This document shows positions 55,739-63,483 of a stretch of DNA of 64,000 nucleotides, piece after piece. The notes below the pieces were generated by a model. That model was not told where the DNA came from. It saw only the letters and a list, made by a program, of their open reading frames with translations, and ran no database searches. The stretch's first letter is position 1; each line of letters opens with the position of its first letter. Source of the DNA: a virus; IMG/VR virus record IMGVR_UViG_3300034104_003795, positions 26,370-90,369 of that record; one strand, written 5' to 3'. Made by a program: the position numbers and the translations under genes.

Positions 55739-56464
55739 TTATTTTTTAACCTTTTCATATAAAATTTCCCAATCAATAAAAGATTGCACTTTGTCACCAT
55801 ACTCTTTCATATACCACTCATGCATTTGTTCTGCATGTGTAATATCTATATTATAATCAACATACATATTTTCTATTGAATCAAACATATGAAAATATTT
55901 GTACATCGCATCGGGTTCACCATACGCAAAATAATCGCTCCAATGTGTTTCTATTTTATAGAATTCAATGTTACTTTTTGGAACTACGAATTTAGCTTTT
56001 TTGAGTTCAATCTGATGGAATAACATGTCAAATCTTACTCTCATTATAACATCGTACTGATGTGGATTTTCTATTAAATCCCAAGCACGCTTAACCATCC
56101 ACCATTGGTCTCTTATTCTTTCAACATAATAAGTTCCATGATATATTGCTCTTGGATTTACTTTAAACACATCATCATCTCTATCTAAAAATGAAATATT
56201 AGGGAATCTATTTTTTTCATAATTTTCCCAAGATTCAAAGTTATAATTTTTAAGATATGGTTTTAATTTTGATATTAAACTATCTTTATCAACTGGATGA
56301 TATGCTAAATTAAACTTACCAACACTATTGATAGAATGTTGATTGACATCCCAAGTATTAAAATAAACATCTGCATTATATTTTTTAAATAAATGTTCTT
56401 CTAAATTAGCAAATACTAATTCAAAATCTCTACAATGTCCTGTTAATACAATTGCTACTTTCAT
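55739..56464 (-). CDS. hypothetical protein (241 aa), possibly glycosyltransferase-like
   Basis: 'MKVAIVLTGHCRDFE' Rossmann-like start; no firm motif. Confidence 0.4.
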   Translation of the reverse strand: MKVAIVLTGHCRDFELVFANLEEHLFKKYNADVYFNTWDVNQHSINSVGKFNLAYHPVDKDSLISKLKPYLKNYNFESWENYEKNRFPNISFLDRDDDVFKVNPRAIYHGTYYVERIRDQWWMVKRAWDLIENPHQYDVIMRVRFDMLFHQIELKKAKFVVPKSNIEFYKIETHWSDYFAYGEPDAMYKYFHMFDSIENMYVDYNIDITHAEQMHEWYMKEYGDKVQSFIDWEILYEKVKK

Positions 56465-56465
56465 A

Positions 56466-56921
56466 TTATATTTTAACTAAATGGTCAGCCGCATAAGTTG
56501 CAATTGGACCTAATGTTTTATATCTAACTTCATATCCCATACCTTCTACTAAACCAACCGCTTGTCTAAACACTTCATTTGATTTAAAGCGTGGGTCTGG
56601 ATTTAAATCAATATCAATCCATTTTGGTTTTGGAATACCAGCTTCTTTTAAAAATTCCGCAGTTTCAATTGCATACCAAACTTCATTCAATAATCTAACT
56701 GAACGAGTAAACTCTCTATCTGCTTTCCATCTTCTATAAAGTACATGCGCACCTTTTCCGGTAGTGTACAAAGCCACAACAACCGCATATATTGTTTTAT
56801 CTGCAAAGTTTTGGGAATCGCATCCAATAAGAATTTCAATTCCATCATTGTTTTCCAAATAATTTTTAACATAAGGGATAAGTTCAAATTCTTCTTTACC
56901 ATACAATTTTTTGTACTTCAT
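56466..56921 (-). CDS. hypothetical protein (151 aa), possibly RNase-H-like fold
   Basis: weak resemblance to YkuK/DUF458 family; by-eye only. Confidence 0.3.
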   Translation of the reverse strand: MKYKKLYGKEEFELIPYVKNYLENNDGIEILIGCDSQNFADKTIYAVVVALYTTGKGAHVLYRRWKADREFTRSVRLLNEVWYAIETAEFLKEAGIPKPKWIDIDLNPDPRFKSNEVFRQAVGLVEGMGYEVRYKTLGPIATYAADHLVKI

Positions 56922-56926
56922 ATATT

Positions 56927-57739
56927 TTATTTTTTACCAAAGTGAGATACTATGTGTTTTACTATTAAACTCATTTTATCTGCACTTTCATTTGCTACTC
57001 TTTGCACTTCTTCGTGCGTTATTTCTACTATCTTACCTGCAACTCCTAAATCAGTAATCAAAGACATTGAGAATACTTTAACCCCCATATGTCTAGCAAC
57101 TAATACTTCAGGTATAGTTGACATCCCAACTGCATCTCCACCTATTATACTCATATATCTATACTCTGCTGGCGTTTCATAGTTTGGACCGGATACTGCT
57201 ATCAATACTCCTTCATGCGTTCTAATATCAACTTCACATTGTTTCGCTACTTCAATCATTTCCTTATCATATGCCGCACTAACATCTAAAAAACGAGGTC
57301 CCATTGAATCATCATTTGGACCTAACAATGGATTATCACCCATTAGATTAATATGGTCATTTACAAACATCACATCACCAATTTCAAAGTTAGGATTCAT
57401 ACCACCCGTTGCGTTGGATGTTATCAATCTTTCGATACCTAACATTTTCAGTATTCGTATTGGGTATGTAATTTCTTGCATTGTATATCCTTCGTAATAA
57501 TGATTTCTACCCTGAAGTGCTACTACCGGTACTCCATCAAGTGTACCAAATATTAAATTACCACTATGCCCTTCAATCGTTGGTGTGATAAAACCCGGAA
57601 TATCTTTATATGGTATTGTAGCTGTAATATCTATATCGTTAGCCACATCACCTAATCCTGAACCCAATACCAATCCTATCTTTGGTCTAGTATATGTAAA
57701 CTTATTAATGTAATTTAATGTTTCGTTATATTGTGCCAT
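56927..57739 (-). CDS. purine nucleoside phosphorylase (PunA-type, PNP/MTAP family)
   Basis: 'IGLVLGSGLG', 'HSGNLIFGTLDGVPVVALQGRNHYYEG', 'SNATGG'. Confidence 0.8.
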   Translation of the reverse strand: MAQYNETLNYINKFTYTRPKIGLVLGSGLGDVANDIDITATIPYKDIPGFITPTIEGHSGNLIFGTLDGVPVVALQGRNHYYEGYTMQEITYPIRILKMLGIERLITSNATGGMNPNFEIGDVMFVNDHINLMGDNPLLGPNDDSMGPRFLDVSAAYDKEMIEVAKQCEVDIRTHEGVLIAVSGPNYETPAEYRYMSIIGGDAVGMSTIPEVLVARHMGVKVFSMSLITDLGVAGKIVEITHEEVQRVANESADKMSLIVKHIVSHFGKK

Positions 57740-58157
57740 TTGTTATTCTTTTTTTAATTTCGGTTGTACTGATTCCTCTGGTGTATGATAGGTAAACTAA
57801 TACAATATCATTTTCATCCAGCCAATCCTGTGTGAATTGCATTTGTGTATAATAATCTTTCTTTGCCCAATCATCACCAATTGCTATGATATCAGGTTTA
57901 ACTTGTAATATTGATGGTTTACTATCTGCACCCCCGATGTTAGGAATAACCTCATCAACAAACTTACAAAACTCCAAAGACTTCTTTCGTTCTTCGTAAG
58001 TCATAATTGGTGGTTTACCTTTATAGTATTCAATAAACTCATCTGTGTTTAGTGATACTATTACTTTATCAGCTATTTTAGAACATTGTTTAAGAAAGTT
58101 CATGTGGCCATAATGTAATATGTCAAATGTTCCACCGGTGTATAATATTTTACTCAT
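57726..58157 (-). CDS. cytidylyltransferase-like nucleotidyltransferase (TagD/RfaE-domain-II type)
   Basis: 'LYTGGTFDILHYGHMNFL' (HxGH motif). Confidence 0.7.
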   Translation of the reverse strand: MSKILYTGGTFDILHYGHMNFLKQCSKIADKVIVSLNTDEFIEYYKGKPPIMTYEERKKSLEFCKFVDEVIPNIGGADSKPSILQVKPDIIAIGDDWAKKDYYTQMQFTQDWLDENDIVLVYLSYTRGISTTEIKKRITNGTI

Positions 58158-58845
58158 ATATTCGTTTAAAAGGTATATTTACTCTGTTTAATTCTGCTTC
58201 AATTTCTATTACATTATTTGTATGTAATCCATCCCCACAATAATCCGTATATTTTCTAGTAGGAAGTTCTAATATAATTGAATTTTCTATTTGTTTTGTT
58301 TTATCATATAATTCATGTCCTAATAATATTTCAATAGATTCATTTCTTTCGAGAATTGGAAATAGATGATTTAATTTTTTAGGATTTATTGCAAGTGTAC
58401 AAGCATTAACTTCATACGATGGTCTAGTTGCATATGCAATTGGAGGCCACGGTGGTGCGGGCCAATCTCCACATGCTAAATCAAATGTATTATCTAAAAG
58501 AAATCTAATTGTTTCACCGCTTGTAAAAAATGAATCTTCATCTAATATTAGAACTTTATCATATTCTCTAGTTAGAGCCTGTATTTTATTTATACCTTCA
58601 GTAAAGTAAAATCCATTTAATGTAGAACCTGCTGCAGATGTATTTCCAAAATTCCATTTCTTCTTATCAAAATAAATTGATACTCCTAATTCTAAAAACT
58701 TTGGTATGTATTGAATGTATTCGCTTATATCATTATCATATAAAAAAAGACATCTTATATCAATATTAGGAAAAAGATGTCTCACCGATTGAACCGATAA
58801 ATAAGTTCTATCAGTTCGTTTATAATCTTTAAAAAATACTATCAT
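58150..58845 (-). CDS. hypothetical protein, possibly glycosyltransferase-like
   Basis: ORF-track start 58869 is a TTG inside tRNA-Leu; internal ATG (MIVFFKDYK) used; 'VLILDEDSFF' DxD-like. Confidence 0.4.
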   Translation of the reverse strand: MIVFFKDYKRTDRTYLSVQSVRHLFPNIDIRCLFLYDNDISEYIQYIPKFLELGVSIYFDKKKWNFGNTSAAGSTLNGFYFTEGINKIQALTREYDKVLILDEDSFFTSGETIRFLLDNTFDLACGDWPAPPWPPIAYATRPSYEVNACTLAINPKKLNHLFPILERNESIEILLGHELYDKTKQIENSIILELPTRKYTDYCGDGLHTNNVIEIEAELNRVNIPFKRIYE

Positions 58846-58861
58846 ATTATTAAGTTGTTTG

Positions 58862-58942
58862 TGCCCCAAGAGAGATTCGAACTCTCACACCTCTCGATAT
58901 CAGTTCCTAAAACTGATGTGTCTACCGTTCCACCATCAGGGC
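58862..58942 (-). tRNA. tRNA-Leu (anticodon TAG)
   Basis: type-II cloverleaf; acceptor GCCCTGA/TTGGGGC, anticodon loop TTTAGGA, 13-nt variable arm, T-arm GAGAG-TTCGAAT-CTCTC. Confidence 0.8.
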
Positions 58943-59470
58943 ATATTTTTGTAATGATTTTAAAAATAATTCAATTCCTTTGTTGTGATTAGCTTCCCAA
59001 TCATCCGGATTACCGCTATCACTTACATATTTGTATGCAGTAAAATCAAATCCATAAATCTTACATACCTTTGCAATTGAGTATGCTTCCATATCACATA
59101 TTACAGATGGTGTGGTTTGAAAATGGTCTTGTGTATAACATATATTATATCCCAATCCATTGAAATCAATATTACCCATCAATATTTCATTATCAAATGG
59201 TGTTTTTGTTTTATCTGCAAATGGTCTAGCGTCCATATCGTTTTGGACAAATGTTTTACACTTAAATAAACTACCAACCATAACGGCATGCCCACCCGCA
59301 CTTCCGTAGTTTATAACTACTACATCTTTGGGGTCTAAATCTTTAAGAGTTTCAGTTGCTTTTATAGCCGCATTTACTTTTCCAACACCAGTATAAACAA
59401 CTTTAACACCTTCCGGTGCTTTTTCCTTTGGAAACTCATTTTCTAATGCAACAAATAATATAACGTTCAT
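58922..59470 (-). CDS. mtnN: 5'-methylthioadenosine/S-adenosylhomocysteine nucleosidase
   Basis: 'MNVILFVALENEF', 'VVYTGVGKVNAAIKATETL', 'VINYGSAGG', 'DMEAYSIAKVC'; start set at internal ATG 59470; 3' end overlaps tRNA-Leu by ~21 nt. Confidence 0.7.
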   Translation of the reverse strand: MNVILFVALENEFPKEKAPEGVKVVYTGVGKVNAAIKATETLKDLDPKDVVVINYGSAGGHAVMVGSLFKCKTFVQNDMDARPFADKTKTPFDNEILMGNIDFNGLGYNICYTQDHFQTTPSVICDMEAYSIAKVCKIYGFDFTAYKYVSDSGNPDDWEANHNKGIELFLKSLQKYALMVER

Positions 59471-59477
59471 AACAATA

Positions 59478-59565
59478 AGTATGCTGTTAGAGTAGGATTC
59501 GAACCATACAGGAGGAGATTCAAAAAGTAACATTTAGTGCTTGCAAGCTGGTGGTCAACCCCATA
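59478..59565 (-). other. tRNA-like fragment with degenerate T-arm (possible pseudo-tRNA)
   Basis: contains GGTTCGAATCC T-loop but T-stem pairs only 2 bp and no acceptor pairing found. Confidence 0.25.
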
Positions 59566-59661
59566 TTACTTTTCTATTTCTTTATCCTCGCCCACGAGAC
59601 GAGTGGGTGTGTTTGCCAGGTTATAACATAGATAACCAATTTCACCATCTAACAATTTTTG

Positions 59662-59746
59662 CGGAGAAACAGGGATTCGAACCCCAGAACCTGTTACAGT
59701 TGCCGGTTTTCAAGACCGGTGCATTCAACCACTCTGCCATTTCTCC
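59662..59746 (-). tRNA. tRNA-Ser (anticodon TGA)
   Basis: acceptor GGAGAAA/TTTCTCC, anticodon stem-loop CCGGT-CTTGAAA-ACCGG, long variable arm. Confidence 0.85.
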
Positions 59747-59763
59747 GTTAAGTACTCTAATAA

Positions 59764-60027
59764 TTAGAATACTTTTTCTTCGCTTTTACCGTCTAAACTA
59801 TTTTCGGTATCGGCATGCTTTCTTCTAGCTTCTTCTGCTTCTTTATATATTCTAACCCAAGTTAAGAATATATCTACTGGCGCTAATATCCAACACATAA
59901 TCAATAGAGCCATAGAATCTAATCCAGGTGAAATACCTAATCCACCAGCCATTACATCTCTATTCCATTTTCGTATTGACATTATAACACAATAGATGAA
60001 ACACATTACATAATAAGTAATAAACAT
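59764..60027 (-). CDS. small membrane protein (87 aa) within tRNA island
   Basis: ORF with 2-3 hydrophobic helices; uncertain. Confidence 0.3.
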   Translation of the reverse strand: MFITYYVMCFIYCVIMSIRKWNRDVMAGGLGISPGLDSMALLIMCWILAPVDIFLTWVRIYKEAEEARRKHADTENSLDGKSEEKVF

Positions 60028-60046
60028 AACATTTGTTTTTAATGAG

Positions 60047-60118
60047 TTACCCGAACTGGACTCGAACCAATACGAACAGAATCAAAATCTGTGATGCTAA
60101 CCATTACATCATCGGGCA
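60047..60118 (-). tRNA. tRNA-Gln (anticodon TTG)
   Basis: U1-A72 acceptor TGCCCGA/TCGGGTA, anticodon stem-loop ACAGA-TTTTGAT-TCTGT. Confidence 0.8.
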
Positions 60119-60254
60119 ATAATCTCAAGCATTCTACTTCCCGCAGTGCGAAATTGTATCTTACTTAGCCCATCGCTAGCGGTATGGGTACTTGAGTTTT
60201 AGTAATTGAAAAACATCTATTCTTCTTGCGGCCTAATACTAACAGGCCCACTTG

Positions 60255-60327
60255 AGCGAGAGACCAGGCTCGAACTGGCCACCTGAAGCTTGGAAGGCTA
60301 CCGCTCTACCAAATGAGCTACTCTCGC
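60255..60327 (-). tRNA. tRNA-Gly (anticodon TCC)
   Basis: acceptor GCGAGAG/CTCTCGC, D-arm GCTC-ATTTGGTA-GAGC, anticodon loop CTTCCAA. Confidence 0.85.
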
Positions 60328-60385
60328 TAAAGAGTGTAGTGGAAGATATCATTCCTGCAGTTACTACACGTTTTATCTGCTTTGG

Positions 60386-60458
60386 AGCGGAAGACCAGGC
60401 TCGAACTGGCCACCCTGACCTTGGCAAGGTCATGCTCTACCAAATGAGCTACTTCCGC
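60386..60458 (-). tRNA. tRNA-Gly (anticodon GCC)
   Basis: acceptor GCGGAAG/CTTCCGC, anticodon stem-loop TGACC-TTGCCAA-GGTCA. Confidence 0.85.
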
Positions 60459-60515
60459 AATTAATAGGTGAGGCTATTACCATCATTAAGTCTTTAATGC
60501 TTTAGACACCTATTG

Positions 60516-60589
60516 TGGACCCACTTGGAATCGAACCAAGCACCTAATGATTATGAGTCATTTGCTCTAACCGAATGAGCTATAGGTCC
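60516..60589 (-). tRNA. tRNA-Met (anticodon CAT; elongator/initiator/Ile2 not distinguishable)
   Basis: acceptor GGACCTA/TGGGTCC, anticodon stem-loop AATGA-CTCATAA-TCATT. Confidence 0.8.
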
Positions 60590-60593
60590 GATG

Positions 60594-60667
60594 TGGAGAA
60601 GAAGGGATTCGAACCCATGACCCCCTGCGTGCAAGGCAGGTGCTCTAGCCAACTGAGCTACTTCCCC
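60594..60667 (-). tRNA. tRNA-Ala (anticodon TGC)
   Basis: acceptor GGGGAAG/CTTCTCC with G3:U70 identity pair, anticodon stem-loop CCTGC-CTTGCAC-GCAGG. Confidence 0.85.
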
Positions 60668-60678
60668 ATAAGTGAACG

Positions 60679-60763
60679 TACCGGGGATGGGATTCGAACC
60701 CACACGAGCGATTTCTGCTCAAAAGATTTTAAGTCTTTCATGTCTACCATTCCATCACCCCGG
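60679..60763 (-). tRNA. tRNA-Leu (anticodon TAA)
   Basis: acceptor GCCGGGG/CCCCGGT, anticodon loop CTTAAAA, long variable arm GAGC-AGAAATC-GCTC. Confidence 0.85.
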
Positions 60764-60789
60764 CGGCGATACTATTTTTAATAACTATA

Positions 60790-60831
60790 CAAAGATACGA
60801 ATAATAATTTAATTATCCAAATCCTTTTTTA
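60790..60831 (-). promoter_or_regulatory. Bacteroidetes-type promoter candidate driving minus-strand tRNA cluster
   Basis: +strand 'CAAAGATAcgaataataatttaattatCCAAAT'. Confidence 0.4.
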
Positions 60832-61258
60832 TATTATATATTTTAACCCTTCTGATTTTAGTTCCACTCTCATCAGGATTAATTAATATATCAATTTTTT
60901 TTCTCCACCTCTTTGCCATCAAATCTCTGACAGTATAAACACCATCTAATTTTCCAGCACCCTTCACTCTTACTTTTTGTCCAAACTTATACTTTCGTTT
61001 CAGGTCTCTACTAATCGCTATTACCTTTTGTTTCTTTGGATTAAGACTATCCAACTTATAACCACTTGCGGTAATTAAGGGAGTTGAATCGGTTTGGCCG
61101 GCGGATACCGTATATGTTGTAACCGTAACTACATCATAAGGTATGTGTTTCTTTTCTATCATTATATCCGCAACTTCTTCCTCACTCATTTCGGAGTCAA
61201 TCATATTATGTGGAATAAACATAATAACAGTTAAGAATAAAAGAATAACTTTTCTCAT
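60809..61258 (-). CDS. 3D-domain (MltA/YuiC-like) putative peptidoglycan hydrolase, secreted
   Basis: signal peptide MRKVILLFLTVIMFIP; 'VTVTTYTVSAGQTDSTPLITASGYKL' and 'GVYTVRDLMAKRWRKKIDIL' match 3D-domain pattern. Confidence 0.6.
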   Translation of the reverse strand: MRKVILLFLTVIMFIPHNMIDSEMSEEEVADIMIEKKHIPYDVVTVTTYTVSAGQTDSTPLITASGYKLDSLNPKKQKVIAISRDLKRKYKFGQKVRVKGAGKLDGVYTVRDLMAKRWRKKIDILINPDESGTKIRRVKIYNIKKDLDN

Positions 61259-61276
61259 AACTTATTTTTTATTTAG

Positions 61277-61350
61277 TGATTCGGAAAGGATTCGAACCTT
61301 TGACCCCAAACTTAGAAGGTTTGTGCTCTATCCAGCTGAGCTACCGAACC
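61277..61350 (-). tRNA. tRNA-Arg (anticodon TCT)
   Basis: acceptor GGTTCGG/CCGAATC, anticodon stem-loop CAAAC-CTTCTAA-GTTTG. Confidence 0.85.
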
Positions 61351-61456
61351 ATATAGTAAGAGAGATACTACGTCTAATATCTCAATGTTTCTACCGGCCG
61401 TCTATGGAATATGCGCACTGACCATAAACTAAACTTTCGTCTGCTCTTACTACTTG

Positions 61457-61527
61457 CGGAAAGTACGGGAATCGAACCCGTCACATTGCCGTGACAAGGC
61501 AACATTATACCGATTAACTAACTCTCC
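61457..61527 (-). tRNA. tRNA-Asp (anticodon GTC)
   Basis: acceptor GGAGAGT/ACTTTCC, anticodon stem-loop TTGCC-TTGTCAC-GGCAA, 4-nt variable loop. Confidence 0.8.
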
Positions 61528-61556
61528 AAATTACATTATCGTTCTTTAACTAATTT

Positions 61557-61814
61557 TTATTTTTTATTGTTAGTTAATTTTTGTTCTAATTTATCCAATC
61601 TCGAATCTAATTGAGAAAAGATGTGATTTTCTAATTCATCTGCTCTACGATTAAAGTCAGTTTGATTTCTATCAACTTGACGATACAAATCTTCGCCGAT
61701 GCTTTCTAATTCTTTTTCTATTTTTCTTGCCTTAACAAGCCCAATAACAGCAACTATCGACACTGCGATAACCACCACTACAGACATTCCTAAAACGAAT
61801 GATAATATTTCCAT
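61557..61814 (-). CDS. small membrane-anchored coiled-coil protein (85 aa)
   Basis: N-terminal TM 'FVLGMSVVVVIAVSIVAVIGLV' + charged helical region. Confidence 0.4.
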   Translation of the reverse strand: MEILSFVLGMSVVVVIAVSIVAVIGLVKARKIEKELESIGEDLYRQVDRNQTDFNRRADELENHIFSQLDSRLDKLEQKLTNNKK

Positions 61815-61851
61815 AATTTATTTCTCCTATATGTCAAAGAACGATAATGTG

Positions 61852-61924
61852 AGCCCAAGACAAGAATCGAACTTGCGACCTACTGATTACAAATCAGTTG
61901 CTCTACCTGCTGAGCTACTCGGGC
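61852..61924 (-). tRNA. tRNA-Thr (anticodon TGT)
   Basis: acceptor GCCCGAG/CTTGGGC, anticodon stem-loop ACTGA-TTTGTAA-TCAGT. Confidence 0.85.
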
Positions 61925-62024
61925 GTTTAGGAAAGTAGAAGATGGGTGCGTGGACATCTACTTTTATGATTGGCATTTCTAACCGATTTATGCATACTAA
62001 TATGCTTATCCCAATCAACCTTTG

Positions 62025-62096
62025 TACTCTGTACGGGATTCGAACCCGTATTACATCCGTGAAAGGGATGTGACCTAACCCTTAGTCGAACAGAGC
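62025..62096 (-). tRNA. tRNA-Glu (anticodon TTC)
   Basis: acceptor GCTCTGT/ACAGAGT, 3-bp D-stem with 10-nt loop, anticodon stem-loop CATCC-CTTTCAC-GGATG. Confidence 0.8.
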
Positions 62097-62114
62097 GTTA
62101 ATGTTAATGTTATA

Positions 62115-62146
62115 CAAATATACGAATAATATCTGATATAACCAAA
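62115..62146 (-). promoter_or_regulatory. Bacteroidetes-type promoter candidate driving minus-strand tRNA cluster
   Basis: +strand 'CAAATATAcgaataatatctgatataaCCAAAT'. Confidence 0.4.
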
Positions 62147-62309
62147 TCTATTTTAACAATAGGTTTTATATTTTTTTATACCACCTTTCAAACGTCTTAT
62201 ACATATCATACAAGCTCCGTTTTCTCTTATTATTTTTCTTATTCGGTATAACTTATTACTTCGTCTATTAATTTCAAACTTATCATTTTTCATAATGTCC
62301 AATTTAATG

Positions 62310-62398
62310 CGGAGAATGTTGGATTCGAACCAACGGTACAACTTTCATCGTACAACGGTTTAGCAAACCGGCCCCATCGTCCACTCGGGCAATTCTCC
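62310..62398 (-). tRNA. tRNA-Ser (anticodon GCT)
   Basis: acceptor GGAGAAT/ATTCTCC, anticodon loop TTGCTAA, long variable arm, T-arm GTTGG-TTCGAAT-CCAAC. Confidence 0.8.
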
Positions 62399-62400
62399 GT

Positions 62401-62475
62401 TGGGGTGTAAGGACGGTATCGAACCGTCTTATCTAGCTCCACAAACTAGCGCATCACCTTAATGCTTCAAACACC
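62401..62475 (-). tRNA. tRNA-His (anticodon GTG) with G-1 and genomically encoded CCA
   Basis: extra 5' G pairing with C73; anticodon stem-loop CTAGT-TTGTGGA-GCTAG; 3' ...CTTACAC-C-CCA. Confidence 0.8.
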
Positions 62476-62481
62476 ATTTGG

Positions 62482-62550
62482 TTGCGGGGCCAGGAATCGA
62501 ACCTGAATATCTGGCTTATGAGACCAAACGGATTACCTAATCTCCCCACA
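62482..62550 (-). tRNA. second CAT-anticodon tRNA (Met/fMet/Ile2) with shortened D-arm
   Basis: acceptor TGTGGGG/CCCCGCA, anticodon loop CTCATAA, T-arm TCAGG-TTCGATT-CCTGG; D-arm only ~13 nt. Confidence 0.55.
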
Positions 62551-62558
62551 ATATCAAG

Positions 62559-62629
62559 AGGCGAGTACAAGATTCGAACTTGTGTAAAAGCTTTTGCAGA
62601 GCTCCATATAACCACTCTAACAACTCGCC
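62559..62629 (-). tRNA. tRNA-Cys (anticodon GCA)
   Basis: acceptor GGCGAGT/ACTCGCC, anticodon stem-loop GAGCT-CTGCAAA-AGCTT, T-arm ACAAG-TTCGAAT-CTTGT. Confidence 0.75.
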
Positions 62630-62635
62630 ATTTTG

Positions 62636-62708
62636 TAGCCCCTAAAGGATTCGAACCCATACTCCGAAGTCCGTAGCTTCGTGTGCTAATCCATTACACC
62701 AAAGAGCC
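62636..62708 (-). tRNA. tRNA-Arg (anticodon ACG)
   Basis: acceptor GGCTCTT/AGGGGCT (three G:U pairs), anticodon stem-loop CGAAG-CTACGGA-CTTCG. Confidence 0.7.
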
Positions 62709-62712
62709 ATAG

Positions 62713-62783
62713 CACCGGTGGAAGGACTCGAACCCTCACAAACAGTTTTGGAGACTGGTATGCTACCATTACACTACACCGAT
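62713..62783 (-). tRNA. tRNA-Trp (anticodon CCA)
   Basis: A1-U72 acceptor ATCGGTG/CACCGGT (as in E. coli tRNA-Trp), anticodon loop CTCCAAA. Confidence 0.8.
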
Positions 62784-62789
62784 ATATTG

Positions 62790-62863
62790 TTGGAATAAAA
62801 AGAATCGAACTTTTAACCTTCCGCGTATCAGACGGATGCTCTAACCAATTGAGCTATATTCCA
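62790..62863 (-). tRNA. tRNA-Ile (anticodon GAT)
   Basis: acceptor TGGAATA/TATTCCA, D-arm GCTC-AATTGGTTA-GAGC, anticodon loop CTGATAC. Confidence 0.8.
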
Positions 62864-62911
62864 ATTTTGCACTTCCTATTTCCCAATGCTGTGTAGTGCG
62901 AACCATATCGG

Positions 62912-62985
62912 TTGGGAATGCAGGATTCGAACCTACGGCCTCTAGCTCCCAAAGCTAGCGCGATACCTGACTACGCTAATTCCCA
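62912..62985 (-). tRNA. tRNA-Pro (anticodon TGG)
   Basis: acceptor TGGGAAT/ATTCCCA, anticodon stem-loop CTAGC-TTTGGGA-GCTAG. Confidence 0.8.
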
Positions 62986-63060
62986 ATGTGATAAGTTTCC
63001 ATCCTATCGTATAATGTGTACATCATTATTTTAACTCAATATTAAGTTCGGAACTTTTTG

Positions 63061-63134
63061 TGACCCCTAATGGATTCGAACCATTGACTCCTATATTAAA
63101 AGTATAGTGCTCTAACCAACTGAGCTAAGAGGTC
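63061..63134 (-). tRNA. tRNA-Lys (anticodon TTT)
   Basis: acceptor GACCTCT/AGGGGTC, anticodon stem-loop CTATA-CTTTTAA-TATAG. Confidence 0.85.
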
Positions 63135-63174
63135 TGACTTTTGTCATACTTGTCACTTTCCATAGTATTTGTTT

Positions 63175-63384
63175 TTAATTGTTATCTTCTAATTCTATTT
63201 TACAATATTCGTCCAATGATATTTTATCAAATGTTATCCATTGTCCATTTCCAAAATCTACTGCGAACTTACCATCTTCTGGTAGATACGCAGTTACTAT
63301 TCCTTTACTACCCATTTCAATTTTTCCTTTTGGTGTCACCAACTCTTTTATTAATGTACCAACTCCATGATTAAAATCTGCCAT
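63175..63384 (-). CDS. hypothetical protein (69 aa) inside tRNA island
   Basis: ORF not overlapping tRNAs. Confidence 0.4.
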   Translation of the reverse strand: MADFNHGVGTLIKELVTPKGKIEMGSKGIVTAYLPEDGKFAVDFGNGQWITFDKISLDEYCKIELEDNN

Positions 63385-63406
63385 AATTGTTTTTTTAATT
63401 GTTAAG

Positions 63407-63479
63407 TGGTAATGAGTGGTATCGAACCACTTCCTAAAGATTTTCAGTCTTTCGCTTCTACCTAGTTAGCTTCATCACC
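63407..63479 (-). tRNA. tRNA-Phe (anticodon GAA)
   Basis: acceptor GGTGATG/CATTACC, anticodon stem-loop AAAGA-CTGAAAA-TCTTT. Confidence 0.8.
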
Positions 63480-63483
63480 GGTG

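Noticed and set aside
58845-59533. ORF-track starts at 58869 (TTG inside tRNA-Leu) and at 59533 for the MTAN gene; also 16073 (TTG) for the GIY-YIG gene and 24837 for an array-B member
   Set aside because: These N-terminal extensions begin at non-ATG codons and run over tRNA or regulatory sequence. Internal ATGs with conserved protein N-termini (MNVILFVALENEF, MSRKKRTD.., MLTIENTYKIL) were used instead.
60239-60781. ORFs 60239-60433(-), 60252-60464(+), 60575-60781(+)
   Set aside because: Lie entirely over tRNA-Gly/Gly/Met/Ala/Leu genes; translations are tRNA-derived artefacts.
61143-61938. ORFs 61143-61421(+), 61699-61938(+)
   Set aside because: Antisense to the 3D-domain gene or overlapping tRNA-Arg/Thr; spurious.
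62153-62676. ORFs 62153-62341(-), 62454-62660(-), 62482-62676(+)
   Set aside because: Overlap a promoter-like element plus tRNA-Ser(GCT), or tRNA-His/CAT/Cys; not protein-coding.
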